In this document: piece after piece, positions 32,201 through 41,127 of the stretch | Numbering within the stretch: position 1 is the stretch's first letter | How the letters are laid out: each line of letters opens with the position of its first letter | Assembly: GCA_963749705.1 (NCBI GenBank) | Contig: CAVVNQ010000015.1 | Span: 224,001 to 288,000, forward strand | Direction of reading: 5' to 3' | Length of the DNA stretch: 64,000 bases | From: an uncultured Chloroflexia bacterium | Lineage (GTDB): Bacteria; Chloroflexota; Limnocylindria; Limnocylindrales; CSP1-4 | The notes under the pieces: model-generated | The model's input: only the letters and a program-made list of their open reading frames with translations | What the model was told of the DNA's origin: nothing | The model's database searches: none | Translations under genes and position numbers: made by a program

Positions 32201-34648
32201 ATGAACGAGCAGGAGGCGACCCTCGCGCCCGGCGCCCCGGGCATCGCGCCCACGTGGTCGAGCAGCGACAAGGACGCGGTCGGGACATCTCACTACGCGA
32301 GCCGCGTCTGGTTCACGGTTGGGCGGGGGATCCTCAACGAGGTCTACTGGCCGCACGTGGACCGGCCGCAGATCCGGGACCTCGGGTTCGTCGTGGCCGA
32401 TGACGCGGGGTTCTGGAGCGAGGTCAAGCGCGACGCCGACCACGAGGTCCGCCACGAGCGCGCCGGCATCCCGGCGATCACCGCCATCCACCGTCACCCT
32501 CGCTACGAGCTGACCCTGCGGATCTGCGCCGACGATCACGCCGACGTCATCCGGATCCAGGCGCATCTCCAGGACCGCCGGGCGCAGGACGACCCGCGGC
32601 GGGCGGCGCATCCGCTGCGGCTGTACCCGCTGCTCGCGCCGCACCTTGGCTTCGGCGGCGACGCCGGGCAGGCCTGGGTCGGCGAGACCAAGGGCCGGTC
32701 GATGGTGTTCGCGCGCCATGGGGCGTGGGCCCTGACGTTGGCGTCCGACCCCGGGCCCGATCGCCAGGGCGTCGGCCACGTCGGCGTCTCCGACGGCTGG
32801 CAGGACTTCGCCGCGAACGGGCGGATGACCTGGACGTACGGACGCACCGGCCAGGGCAACGTGGCCGGCATGACCGAGATCGCGCTCGACGGCGGACGAG
32901 CGCAGATCGTGCTGGCCTTCGGGGCGACGCCGGACGAGGCCGGGCTGGAGGCGTGTGCGGCCCTGGCCGTGCACTTCGAGGGCGCCTGGGACGAGTACAT
33001 CGCGAACTGGGAGGGCTTCGTCCGAACCGTCGTGGACCCTCCCGCGGACCTGCCTTCGGCCGACCGCGATCTGTACCTCACGTCGGCCGCGGTCCTGCGG
33101 ACCCACCAGGACCGGACGCTACCGGGTGCGACCGTGGCCAGCCTGTCGATCCCATGGGGCAACACGCGCAACGACCTGGGCGGCTACCACCTCGTATGGT
33201 CACGCGACCTCGTGGAGACCGCGGGTGCGTTCGTGGCCCTGGGGGCCGAAGCGAGTGCGCGCCGTACCCTCGCGTACCTCGTCGCATCGCAGGAGCCCGA
33301 CGGCCACTGGCCGCAGAACCAATGGGTGGACGGCGACCCCTACTGGGGTGGCCTCCAGCTCGACGAGGCGGCGTACCCGATCCTCCTCGCCGGCGCGCTC
33401 CGCACGGGCGCCACGCACATGCACGGGCGCGCGGGGCAGCAGGCCGATGCCTTCCAGAGCCTCCTGACGCGAACGTCGCTGGACCGGATGATCGCGCGGG
33501 CCGCGAGCTTCATCGTGCGAACCGGACCGTCCACCAGCGAGGACCGCTGGGAGGAGACCGCCGGGCTCTGCCCGTCGACGCTCGCTCCGGTCGTGGCCGC
33601 GCTCGTGGTCGCGGCCGAGCATCTTCCGGAGCCGGCTGCCGGGTATTGCCTCGAGCTCGCCGACGACTGGAACGCCTCGATCGAGGACTGGACCTATGCC
33701 CCCGGGAGCCGCCTCGCCCGGGAGCACGGCGTGGACGGCACCTACGTCAGGATCGCGTCGCCGGACGTGCTGGCGGGCGCTCCCATCTCGACGCCCGTGC
33801 CACTGCGCAACCGGCCGCCCGAGTCGTCGATGGTGCCGGCCGACGAGATGATCGGAACGGACTTCATCGCGCTGGTGCGGTTCGGGCTCCGGCTGCCCGA
33901 CGATCCCCGGATCGTCGCCAGCCTTGCGGTCGCAGACGCCCTGCTGCGGGTGGACACGCCCAGCGGCCCGGCCTGGCACCGGTACACCGGCGACGGCTAC
34001 GGTGAGCACGAGGACGGCAGCGCCTACGACGGGACCGGAGTGGGCCGCGGCTGGCCGCTGCTGATCGGCGAGCGCGGCCACTACGAGCTCGACGCCGGCC
34101 GCGATGCGCGCCCGTACCTCGAGGCGATGCGTCGGATGGCGTCGGGAGGGGGCATGCTGCCCGAGCAGGTCTGGGACACGGCCCCGATCACGGCCCGTGA
34201 CCTGCTCCCCGGCCGGCCGAGCGGCTCGGCAATGCCACTCGCCTGGGCCCACGCGGAGTACGTCAAGCTGGTTCGCTCCATCGCCCTGGGACACTCGATC
34301 GACCGCCCCGAGGCGGCCTGGCGCCGCTACGGCGGCAAGATTCCGGCGGCAACCCGGGCCACGTGGCGGTTCACGGCACAGCGTCCCACGATGCCCGCCG
34401 GACGCACGCTGCGCCTGGAGGTGATGGCGCCGGCGCGGGCCCGCTACACCCTTGACGGTTGGGCGACCTGGATGGATCTCGACGCCCGCGACACGACCCT
34501 GGGCGTCTGGGTCGCCGACATCCCCGGGTCGGACCGCCTGGTGCCGGGTGCCGCCGTCGACTTCACGTTCTGGTGGCCCGACGCGGGACGCTGGGAGGGG
34601 GTGGACTTCCGCGTCGGGGTGACCGAGGCACGCGTCGGCGGCGAATGA
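32201..34648 (+). CDS. GH15 glucoamylase / glucan 1,4-alpha-glucosidase with glucodextranase-like N-domain
   Basis: APGAPG, ASLSIPWG, GYHLVWSRD, QLDE, DRWEE, GRGWPLL, LPEQVWD, PLAWAHAEY. Confidence 0.92.
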   Translation: MNEQEATLAPGAPGIAPTWSSSDKDAVGTSHYASRVWFTVGRGILNEVYWPHVDRPQIRDLGFVVADDAGFWSEVKRDADHEVRHERAGIPAITAIHRHPRYELTLRICADDHADVIRIQAHLQDRRAQDDPRRAAHPLRLYPLLAPHLGFGGDAGQAWVGETKGRSMVFARHGAWALTLASDPGPDRQGVGHVGVSDGWQDFAANGRMTWTYGRTGQGNVAGMTEIALDGGRAQIVLAFGATPDEAGLEACAALAVHFEGAWDEYIANWEGFVRTVVDPPADLPSADRDLYLTSAAVLRTHQDRTLPGATVASLSIPWGNTRNDLGGYHLVWSRDLVETAGAFVALGAEASARRTLAYLVASQEPDGHWPQNQWVDGDPYWGGLQLDEAAYPILLAGALRTGATHMHGRAGQQADAFQSLLTRTSLDRMIARAASFIVRTGPSTSEDRWEETAGLCPSTLAPVVAALVVAAEHLPEPAAGYCLELADDWNASIEDWTYAPGSRLAREHGVDGTYVRIASPDVLAGAPISTPVPLRNRPPESSMVPADEMIGTDFIALVRFGLRLPDDPRIVASLAVADALLRVDTPSGPAWHRYTGDGYGEHEDGSAYDGTGVGRGWPLLIGERGHYELDAGRDARPYLEAMRRMASGGGMLPEQVWDTAPITARDLLPGRPSGSAMPLAWAHAEYVKLVRSIALGHSIDRPEAAWRRYGGKIPAATRATWRFTAQRPTMPAGRTLRLEVMAPARARYTLDGWATWMDLDARDTTLGVWVADIPGSDRLVPGAAVDFTFWWPDAGRWEGVDFRVGVTEARVGGE

Positions 34649-34742
34649 TCGTGACCAGGACGTCCGGTGCCACCTACCCACCGCCCGACGGTCGGCGGTC
34701 GGGCGTCGGTTTGCTTCGCGCGGCCGTATCCTCCGGGTCGAG

Positions 34743-35738
34743 ATGACTGGCTCCTCGTGGGTGCCCGATCGCGACGGGTGGAACGCGGCTCGCTGGCCGG
34801 TCGCCGGCGGTCACTACGAAAGCTGGTTCATCCGGGCCAACCATCCGACGCGCCCGCTCGCCTTCTGGATCCGGTACACGATCTTCGCCCCGATCCATGA
34901 CCCCGACAGGACAGAGGGGGAGCTGTGGGCCGTCTGGTTCGACGGCGAGCGAGGCTCCAACCTGGCGCTTCGGTCGGCGCACCCACTTGCGGACTGCCGG
35001 TTCAGCCGCGAGCGCCTCGACGTCGAGGTCGGGCGCGCGTCCCTCGTCGATGACGGTGCGTCGGGCGCCGTGGAGCAGGACGGCCGGCGGATCAGCTGGA
35101 GCCTCACCGTTCGGGGTGGGGGATCGCCGCTGTTGCTGATGCCACGCGGCAGCTACGCGCGACGATTCCCAAAGGCCAAGGCGCTCGTTGCACGTCCAGC
35201 CTGTCGGTTCGACGGGTCACTCGATGTCGACGGCGATCGCGTCGCGATCGACGGTTGGCTTGGGAGCCAGAACCACAACTGGGGCCCAGCGCACACCGAT
35301 CGGTACGCATGGGGTCAGGTTGCGGGGTTCGACGAACGGGAGGACGCCTTCCTGGAATGCTCGAGCGCAAGGCTCCGGATCGGGCCGATACCGACTCCGT
35401 GGTTGACGGTCGCCGTGCTTCGCCTCGGCGGCGAGGAGCTTGCGTTCAACACCATCGCGCGATCGCCGCTCGCCCGTGTCCGGTTCGACGGCGCCGGATG
35501 GTCGTTCAATGCGGCGACGAGGAACGCCCGCCTGCGGGCGGCCTTCACGGCATCGCCCGACCGGTTCGTCCGCCTCGAGTACCGAAACCCACCGGGCGGC
35601 ACGAAGACCTGCCTGAACACGAAGATTGCGTCGTGCCAGATCTCGCTGCAGCGGCCTGGCCAGCCGACCGTGCGCCTCGAGACCAGGAACCGCGCCGCGT
35701 TCGAACTCCTCGACATTCCTGCGCCGAGATCCTCGTGA
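34743..35738 (+). CDS. Hypothetical protein, tocopherol cyclase/AttH-like beta fold
   Basis: GHYESWF, AFWIRYT, GSQNHNWG, YAWGQ. Confidence 0.6.
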   Translation: MTGSSWVPDRDGWNAARWPVAGGHYESWFIRANHPTRPLAFWIRYTIFAPIHDPDRTEGELWAVWFDGERGSNLALRSAHPLADCRFSRERLDVEVGRASLVDDGASGAVEQDGRRISWSLTVRGGGSPLLLMPRGSYARRFPKAKALVARPACRFDGSLDVDGDRVAIDGWLGSQNHNWGPAHTDRYAWGQVAGFDEREDAFLECSSARLRIGPIPTPWLTVAVLRLGGEELAFNTIARSPLARVRFDGAGWSFNAATRNARLRAAFTASPDRFVRLEYRNPPGGTKTCLNTKIASCQISLQRPGQPTVRLETRNRAAFELLDIPAPRSS

Positions 35739-35882
35739 TGTCAGCGGTGGGGTAGCGGTCGCACCCGACCGCTCACTCTCGTCTCACGCCGGTGCGTCGT
35801 CGATCGAGGATGCGATGCAGGCTGGAATCGGTTCTGCGGATTGGTGATGCGGGGCGAGCGGCGATTCGATACGCTCCCGCGC

Positions 35883-36806
35883 GTGTCCCCGACCATCGCC
35901 GCGATCGGTCTGCGTAAACGGTACGGAACCGTGGCCGCCCTCGACGGCCTCGACCTCGCGGTCGACGAGGGGCAGGTCGTCGGGCTGCTCGGGCCGAACG
36001 GCGCCGGCAAGACGACGGCGTTGCGGATCCTGGTCGGCCTCGTCCAGGCCGACGCCGGCACCGTGACCATCGCCGGCGAGCCAGTCAGCCGGACATGGGT
36101 GGCCGGCGAGCGTGTGGGGGCCATGGTCTCGACCCCGGTCTTCTACCCGCACCTGTCGGGCGCCGAGAACCTGCGCGTGCTGGCGGCAGCCTGGGGATGG
36201 CCCAGGGCGCGCGCGGACGCCAGGATCGCGGCCACGCTCGACCTGGTCGACCTCGGCGGTCCAGGCTCACGGCCCGCCAAGGGCTATTCGACGGGCATGC
36301 GGCAGCGCCTCGGGATCGCCCTCGCGCTCCTCGCCGACCCGCCGATCCTGATCCTGGACGAGCCGGTCAATGGCCTCGACCCGGCCGGCATCGTCGAGAT
36401 CCGCGACCTTCTCCTCGCCCTCGCCGGCGGTGGCCGGACGATCCTGCTCTCGAGCCACCTCCTGACCGAGGTCGAGAAGACCTGCGATCACGTGACGATC
36501 GTGGACCGGGGCCGGATCCTGGCGTCTGGAACGCCGGATGCCCTGGCGGGTGGTGGACAACGGATCCAGCTGCGCCTCGCCGCGGAGCAGATCCCCGCGG
36601 CTCGGCGCGTGCTCGAGGCGGCCGGGTTCGGCGTCACCCTGCGGGAGGAAACGGAGCTGTGGGTTGACGGTGCGCCGGACGGATCGACCGTCGCGCGCCT
36701 GCTCGCCGCTGCGGGCTGCTACCCGGACGAGCTGATCCGCCGACGCGACTCGCTGGAGGATGTCTTCCTGCGCCTCACGACCGACCCTCAGGAGCCCCCG
36801 ACGTGA
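35883..36806 (+). CDS. ABC exporter ATP-binding protein (BcrA-like)
   Basis: GPNGAGKTT, YSTGMRQRL, DEPVNGLDP, SSHLL. Confidence 0.93.
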   Translation: MSPTIAAIGLRKRYGTVAALDGLDLAVDEGQVVGLLGPNGAGKTTALRILVGLVQADAGTVTIAGEPVSRTWVAGERVGAMVSTPVFYPHLSGAENLRVLAAAWGWPRARADARIAATLDLVDLGGPGSRPAKGYSTGMRQRLGIALALLADPPILILDEPVNGLDPAGIVEIRDLLLALAGGGRTILLSSHLLTEVEKTCDHVTIVDRGRILASGTPDALAGGGQRIQLRLAAEQIPAARRVLEAAGFGVTLREETELWVDGAPDGSTVARLLAAAGCYPDELIRRRDSLEDVFLRLTTDPQEPPT

Positions 36807-37675
36807 GGCGCCTGCTGGCCGCCGATCTTGTTCGCTTCGGGCGCCGCCGAGACCTTCGAATCCTGGTCGCGCTGGTCCCGGTGGTCCTGGCGGCCATGTT
36901 CGTCTCGGACTTCAACAGCGCCACCACGCCGCCGTCGTTCTTCATCAACCTGGAACCGCCCGATCCCGTCGCGGAGGCGGCCATGCGGGCCCAGATGCTC
37001 GACGAGTGGCGCGGGCAGCTGGCCTCGGTCCTGCCGGCATTTGCGTTCCCGGCCAGCCTGATCAAGGTCGCGGGGAACATCGGACCTCTGGCGCTGATGG
37101 CGATCTATGTCGCTGCCGCGCTGATCGGTGGCGAGTTCGAGTGGGGCACCGTGCGCACGGTCCACCTGACCTCGAGCCGCGGTCGCACGCTGGCCGTGCG
37201 GATCGGGGTGGTCGTCGGCCTCGTCGGGGTCGTGATGGCGCTGGCTCTGGTGCTCGCGGCGATCCTGCCGTTCTTCATGTCGTTCGAAGGCACCGCGGTA
37301 CAGCAGTTTGCGATGCCGGTGCCCGATCTCGCGCCCGCGGTCCTCACGCGCCTCGCCGTTGCGCTGCCGTTCATCGCGATCCCGACGCTGATGGCGGTCC
37401 TCGCGAGGTCGATCAGCCTCTCGTTCCTGCTCGTCGTGCTGTTCTTCGTCCTCGACCTTGCCGTGACGGGGTTCCCGGTGTGGGTGGGCAGCCCGACGCC
37501 ATGGCTGCCTGCGCTGACCGTGTCCGGCTCGATCTCGCGTCTCCTGGGCGCAACCCTGGGGCCGGACCCCGGGACCGTGTCTGCCGGTGTTGCGATGACG
37601 GCGCTGCTGGCATGGGGGATCGTGCCGATCGTCGCGGCGATCGCCCGCTTCCGGCGGATGGACCTCGATCAATAG
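36803..37675 (+). CDS. ABC-2 type permease
   Basis: Six hydrophobic segments, GGEFEWGT, coupled to the ATPase. Confidence 0.85.
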   Translation: MRRLLAADLVRFGRRRDLRILVALVPVVLAAMFVSDFNSATTPPSFFINLEPPDPVAEAAMRAQMLDEWRGQLASVLPAFAFPASLIKVAGNIGPLALMAIYVAAALIGGEFEWGTVRTVHLTSSRGRTLAVRIGVVVGLVGVVMALALVLAAILPFFMSFEGTAVQQFAMPVPDLAPAVLTRLAVALPFIAIPTLMAVLARSISLSFLLVVLFFVLDLAVTGFPVWVGSPTPWLPALTVSGSISRLLGATLGPDPGTVSAGVAMTALLAWGIVPIVAAIARFRRMDLDQ

Positions 37676-37713
37676 GAGCAGCCCGGCGGCTCGGGCCTGC
37701 GGCGATCGGCCGC

Positions 37714-39006
37714 CTACGGATCCAGCCGGAGCCCTCGCTTCGCGAGTCGATAGGCGCCCTCGATCGCAAGCGCCAGGGCGAGCATCGCGGCCAGGATCCA
37801 CAGCTTGCCGGGATCGGTCGTCGTTGTCTGCCACATCAGGGCACCGAGTGCCACGACGCATGCCACAGCCCCGACGACCGAGATCCAGGCGCGGCTGCCG
37901 GCGTGGGACGCGTGCCGCACGTTGGCGGCGTTAACCGCGGCGAAGATCAGCAGGAAGCCGGCGCTGCCCAGCGTCGCGATGCTCGTCAGGTCGAACACGT
38001 TGGCGATCAGCAGCGTCAACCCTGCGGTGATCAGCAGCCCCTCGACGGGCTGACCCCACACCTTGCGCTCCAGCGTAGCCGGCAATTCGCCGTCGCGCGC
38101 GATGCTGTAGCTCAGGCGCGCCGCGCCGTAGATCGTGGCATTGATCGCCGAGGCGGTGGACAGCATCGCCGCGACCGCGATCAGCGTGAAGCCGGCCTGC
38201 CCGAGAAACGGTCGCGCCGCTTCCGCCAGCGCGTAGTCCTTGGCCGCCACGATCTTGTCCAGCGACAGGTTGCCGACGGTGACGATCGCCACCAGGACGT
38301 ACAACGCGATCACGAACCCGACCGAGGTGAAGTACGCGCGCGGCAGCGTCCGAGCCGCGTCATCGACGTCCTGTGCCGTGTTGGCGATCAGCTCGAATCC
38401 TTCGTAGGCGAGGAAGATGATCATCCCGCCCGCCGCCAGCTGCAGGGGCGGCGACCATGTGCCCGGCGCGAGCTGGGCGGAGTTGATCCCGGTCACGCCA
38501 GCGGCGACGAAGAACAGCAGGATCACGACCTTCAGGCCCACGATCCAGCTCTCCGCCCTCCCGATCAGCTCGGCGCTGAGCAGGTTCAACCCGCCGATCG
38601 CGATCACGCTGAGGCTGATCAGAGCATGCGTTCCGAGTCCCTGCCAGGCCTGTGGCAGGAACGTTGCGCCATAGCCGCCGAACGCGAACGCGTACAGCGA
38701 CAGCATCACCACGTAGCTCAGCCACAGCAGCACGTTGAGGCTGCCGGTCAGCATGCCGGACCCGAACACGCGATCCAGGAACGTGACCGTCCCCCCGCGG
38801 CTCGGGTAGGCAACCGAGAGCTTCGTGTACGAGTACGTCGTGAGCAGCGCCACGACGCCCGCCAGCGCAAACGCCACCGGCGTGCCGCCACGCGCCAGCT
38901 GCACGGCCAGGCCGAGGACCGCAAAGATCCCGCCCCCGACCATTCCGCCGACGCCGATTGCGACCACGGCCCAGAACCCGATCTTGTCGTTGGCCGCTCC
39001 ACGCAC
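37714..39006 (-). CDS. APC-family amino acid permease
   Basis: GGMVGGGIF, FLAYEGFELIA, SAINAT, about 12 TM segments. Confidence 0.9.
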   Translation of the reverse strand: MRGAANDKIGFWAVVAIGVGGMVGGGIFAVLGLAVQLARGGTPVAFALAGVVALLTTYSYTKLSVAYPSRGGTVTFLDRVFGSGMLTGSLNVLLWLSYVVMLSLYAFAFGGYGATFLPQAWQGLGTHALISLSVIAIGGLNLLSAELIGRAESWIVGLKVVILLFFVAAGVTGINSAQLAPGTWSPPLQLAAGGMIIFLAYEGFELIANTAQDVDDAARTLPRAYFTSVGFVIALYVLVAIVTVGNLSLDKIVAAKDYALAEAARPFLGQAGFTLIAVAAMLSTASAINATIYGAARLSYSIARDGELPATLERKVWGQPVEGLLITAGLTLLIANVFDLTSIATLGSAGFLLIFAAVNAANVRHASHAGSRAWISVVGAVACVVALGALMWQTTTTDPGKLWILAAMLALALAIEGAYRLAKRGLRLDP

Positions 39007-39235
39007 GAGCCGGTCACCTCCCGGTCAAGCGCCCGCTCCGATTGCCTGCCTCCGGCGGACGGCGCGCCACGGGCCGGTCGGCGACGGCTGGGCAGTCCCG
39101 AAGCGATCCCATCAGCGTAGCCGGTCGGCCGCGCTCGGCGCGCGCGCCTCTGATGGAGGTGTGGGAGCCGGACTATCGACCGATGGCCTGCGCGGACAGT
39201 GGCTCAAACAATCTGCCCATGGGCAGCGCCGGACC

Positions 39236-40510
39236 ATGACCGGGACCGTTCGGGCTTCGAGCCTGCGGGTGGGCGAGCTGACCGCGAGGTCCGGCATCGG
39301 CCGCCCGCGGCTGTTCGCCCTCCTCGTGGGGGCCTACGCCGGGCTCGGGTTGGGCGCCGTCATCATCGCGACGCTGGTATTCCAGCCCCTGTTTCCGGCG
39401 ATCCGGCTCCCGTTCTCGCCGCTCGGCGTCGACCCCGCCGTCGCCGGGCTCGGCCTGTGGATCCTCGTCTGCCTTGGCACTTCGAACCACGGAACGCTCG
39501 GAACCGGTCAGGTGCCCCTCGCCTTCTCGACCGGCCCGGTCCTGGCGGCCGGATTGCTCGGGGGTCCCGTCGCCGCTGCCTGGGTCGCGCTGATCGGCTC
39601 CATCCAGGTCCGAGAGCTGCGTGGTGCTGTGACGTGGCGCGAGGTCGCCGCCAACCACGGAATGCGTGCGCTGTCCGGGACCGTCGCCGCGATGGCGATG
39701 CTGCTCGTCCGCGTGATCGACGTCCAGCCCATTCAGCTCCGAGATCTGATCGCCATCCTGGTCGGGACGCTCGTGATGGTCGTGATGGAGGAGGGTCTGG
39801 GCCTGTTGCTCTGGCAGGCGCGCACCGGCCGTCAAGTTGCAGAGGGATTCAGCATCGTCAGCCGCGCCGACTGGAACCTCGCGTCCATTGCCGAAGGCTG
39901 CCTCGCGTGGCTCGTCGCCCTGGCGTACTTCTCGGGCCTTTGGTGGGCACCGATGCTGATCGTGGTCGCGGACCTGGCGGCGAGCCGGTCGATGGCGCAT
40001 CACCAGGCGACCTGGCAGCTTGGGCACCACCCGCTGACCAACCTCGCCAACGGGCGGGCCCTCCGAGCGTATGTGGATCGACTGCGACGGCTCGGCGCCC
40101 CGACTTCGGCGTGTCTCGTCTACCTGGACCTCGATGGGTTCAAGGCCGTCAATGACGACCACGGGCACGATGTCGGGGACGATGTCCTCCGAGAGGTCGG
40201 GCGGCGGCTGAGTTCGATCATGCGGCCGGACATGTTCGTGGCCCACCTGCACGGCGACGAGTTCGCCATCCTGGCCATGGGTGTTGCCGACGGCTCGGCA
40301 GCGGAGGCGCTTGCCAGCGAGGTGTGCGGGCTGGTCGAGCCGCCGATCACCCACGAGCTCGGCCAGCTCCGTGTCTCGGCCACGGCCGGCACCGTGCTTG
40401 TTCGGGATCTGGCCGATTTCGAAGCGGCCATGCGTACCGCAGACCGCAGGATGCTCGCGCTGAAGGCCGAGCGAGCGAGGATGTCCGGCCGGGATCGAAG
40501 GCGCTCCTGA
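39236..40510 (+). CDS. Membrane-bound GGDEF-domain protein with variant active-site motif
   Basis: Multi-TM N-terminus; PLTNLAN, DLDGFKAVNDDHGHDVGD, HLHGDEF. Confidence 0.88.
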   Translation: MTGTVRASSLRVGELTARSGIGRPRLFALLVGAYAGLGLGAVIIATLVFQPLFPAIRLPFSPLGVDPAVAGLGLWILVCLGTSNHGTLGTGQVPLAFSTGPVLAAGLLGGPVAAAWVALIGSIQVRELRGAVTWREVAANHGMRALSGTVAAMAMLLVRVIDVQPIQLRDLIAILVGTLVMVVMEEGLGLLLWQARTGRQVAEGFSIVSRADWNLASIAEGCLAWLVALAYFSGLWWAPMLIVVADLAASRSMAHHQATWQLGHHPLTNLANGRALRAYVDRLRRLGAPTSACLVYLDLDGFKAVNDDHGHDVGDDVLREVGRRLSSIMRPDMFVAHLHGDEFAILAMGVADGSAAEALASEVCGLVEPPITHELGQLRVSATAGTVLVRDLADFEAAMRTADRRMLALKAERARMSGRDRRRS

Positions 40511-40650
40511 TCTGCGGCCCGGCCCACGCTTGGTGGCGGGGCTGGCGATCGCAACCGGGTCGGCAGGACGGGCGGTCACCGTTGTGGGCCGGCGAGGAGC
40601 GCCTGCTGGTCAGTCGGTGAGTTCGCCGCCGCCTCCGGCGTCATGTCGTA

Positions 40651-40911
40651 GCGAAGGATGGCATCTCGGCACCTGTCCGCACCGGCGGTAGCCGCGATGA
40701 ACCTGTCAGGCACCGCGAGGCCCGGTGATAGTCACGGTTCTGCCACCATGCGCGGCACGCCGGCTGCCCGCGCGGTCAATTTCGCGCTCGGCTGGCTCGA
40801 CTTTCCGGCCGCAGGAACGCACATCCTTCGTAGAGCCTGGACTACCACCGGCGGTCGCGGTACCTGACAGCGGATCCATCGATCCGGGGCGATAGCACCG
40901 CGACCCGCGGT
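40651..40911. other. Structured intergenic element (candidate ncRNA or cis-regulator)
   Basis: Several inverted repeats and two related hairpins sharing ACCTG(T/A)CAG...GATAG. Confidence 0.35.
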
Positions 40912-40928
40912 ATCTGGCTGCCGATGCC

Positions 40929-40989
40929 GTCGAGCGACGGACGCGGTCGAGCGACGGACGCGGGCGAGCGACCGAACGCGGGCGCGCGA
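40929..40989. repeat. 17-18 bp tandem repeat x3.5 upstream of dnaE
   Basis: GTCGAGCGACGGACGCG x2, GGCGAGCGACCGAACGCG, GGCGCGCGA. Confidence 0.85.
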
Positions 40990-41127
40990 ATCCTGGCGAT
41001 CGTCGGACGCAGCCTGCGGCGCTGCACGGCGAGCGTCCACGGTCTCCTGGGCATCCCCGAGCAACGGCTCCTGGACCCCTCTCCGCCACGTCGAGATGGG
41101 TCTCCCCGGGCTACCATGGTCCTCCCG

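Noticed and set aside
40531-40644. Possible tmRNA or tRNA 3' end on the minus strand (...CAGCCCCGCCACCA) with a tag-like peptide ANSPTDQQALLAG
   Set aside because: No proper TTCGA T-loop, no matching 5' acceptor strand found, and the peptide does not end in LAA-stop.
40831-40836. Third TAGAGC SARP site
   Set aside because: Single hexamer with no partner at 11-bp spacing.
40651-40911. Known c-di-GMP, c-di-AMP, glycine, T-box or SRP RNA next to the GGDEF gene
   Set aside because: Only fragments resemble these families; core consensus elements are missing. Kept as an unassigned candidate.
40929-40989. CRISPR array
   Set aside because: Units are contiguous with no spacers, and there are no cas genes in the window.
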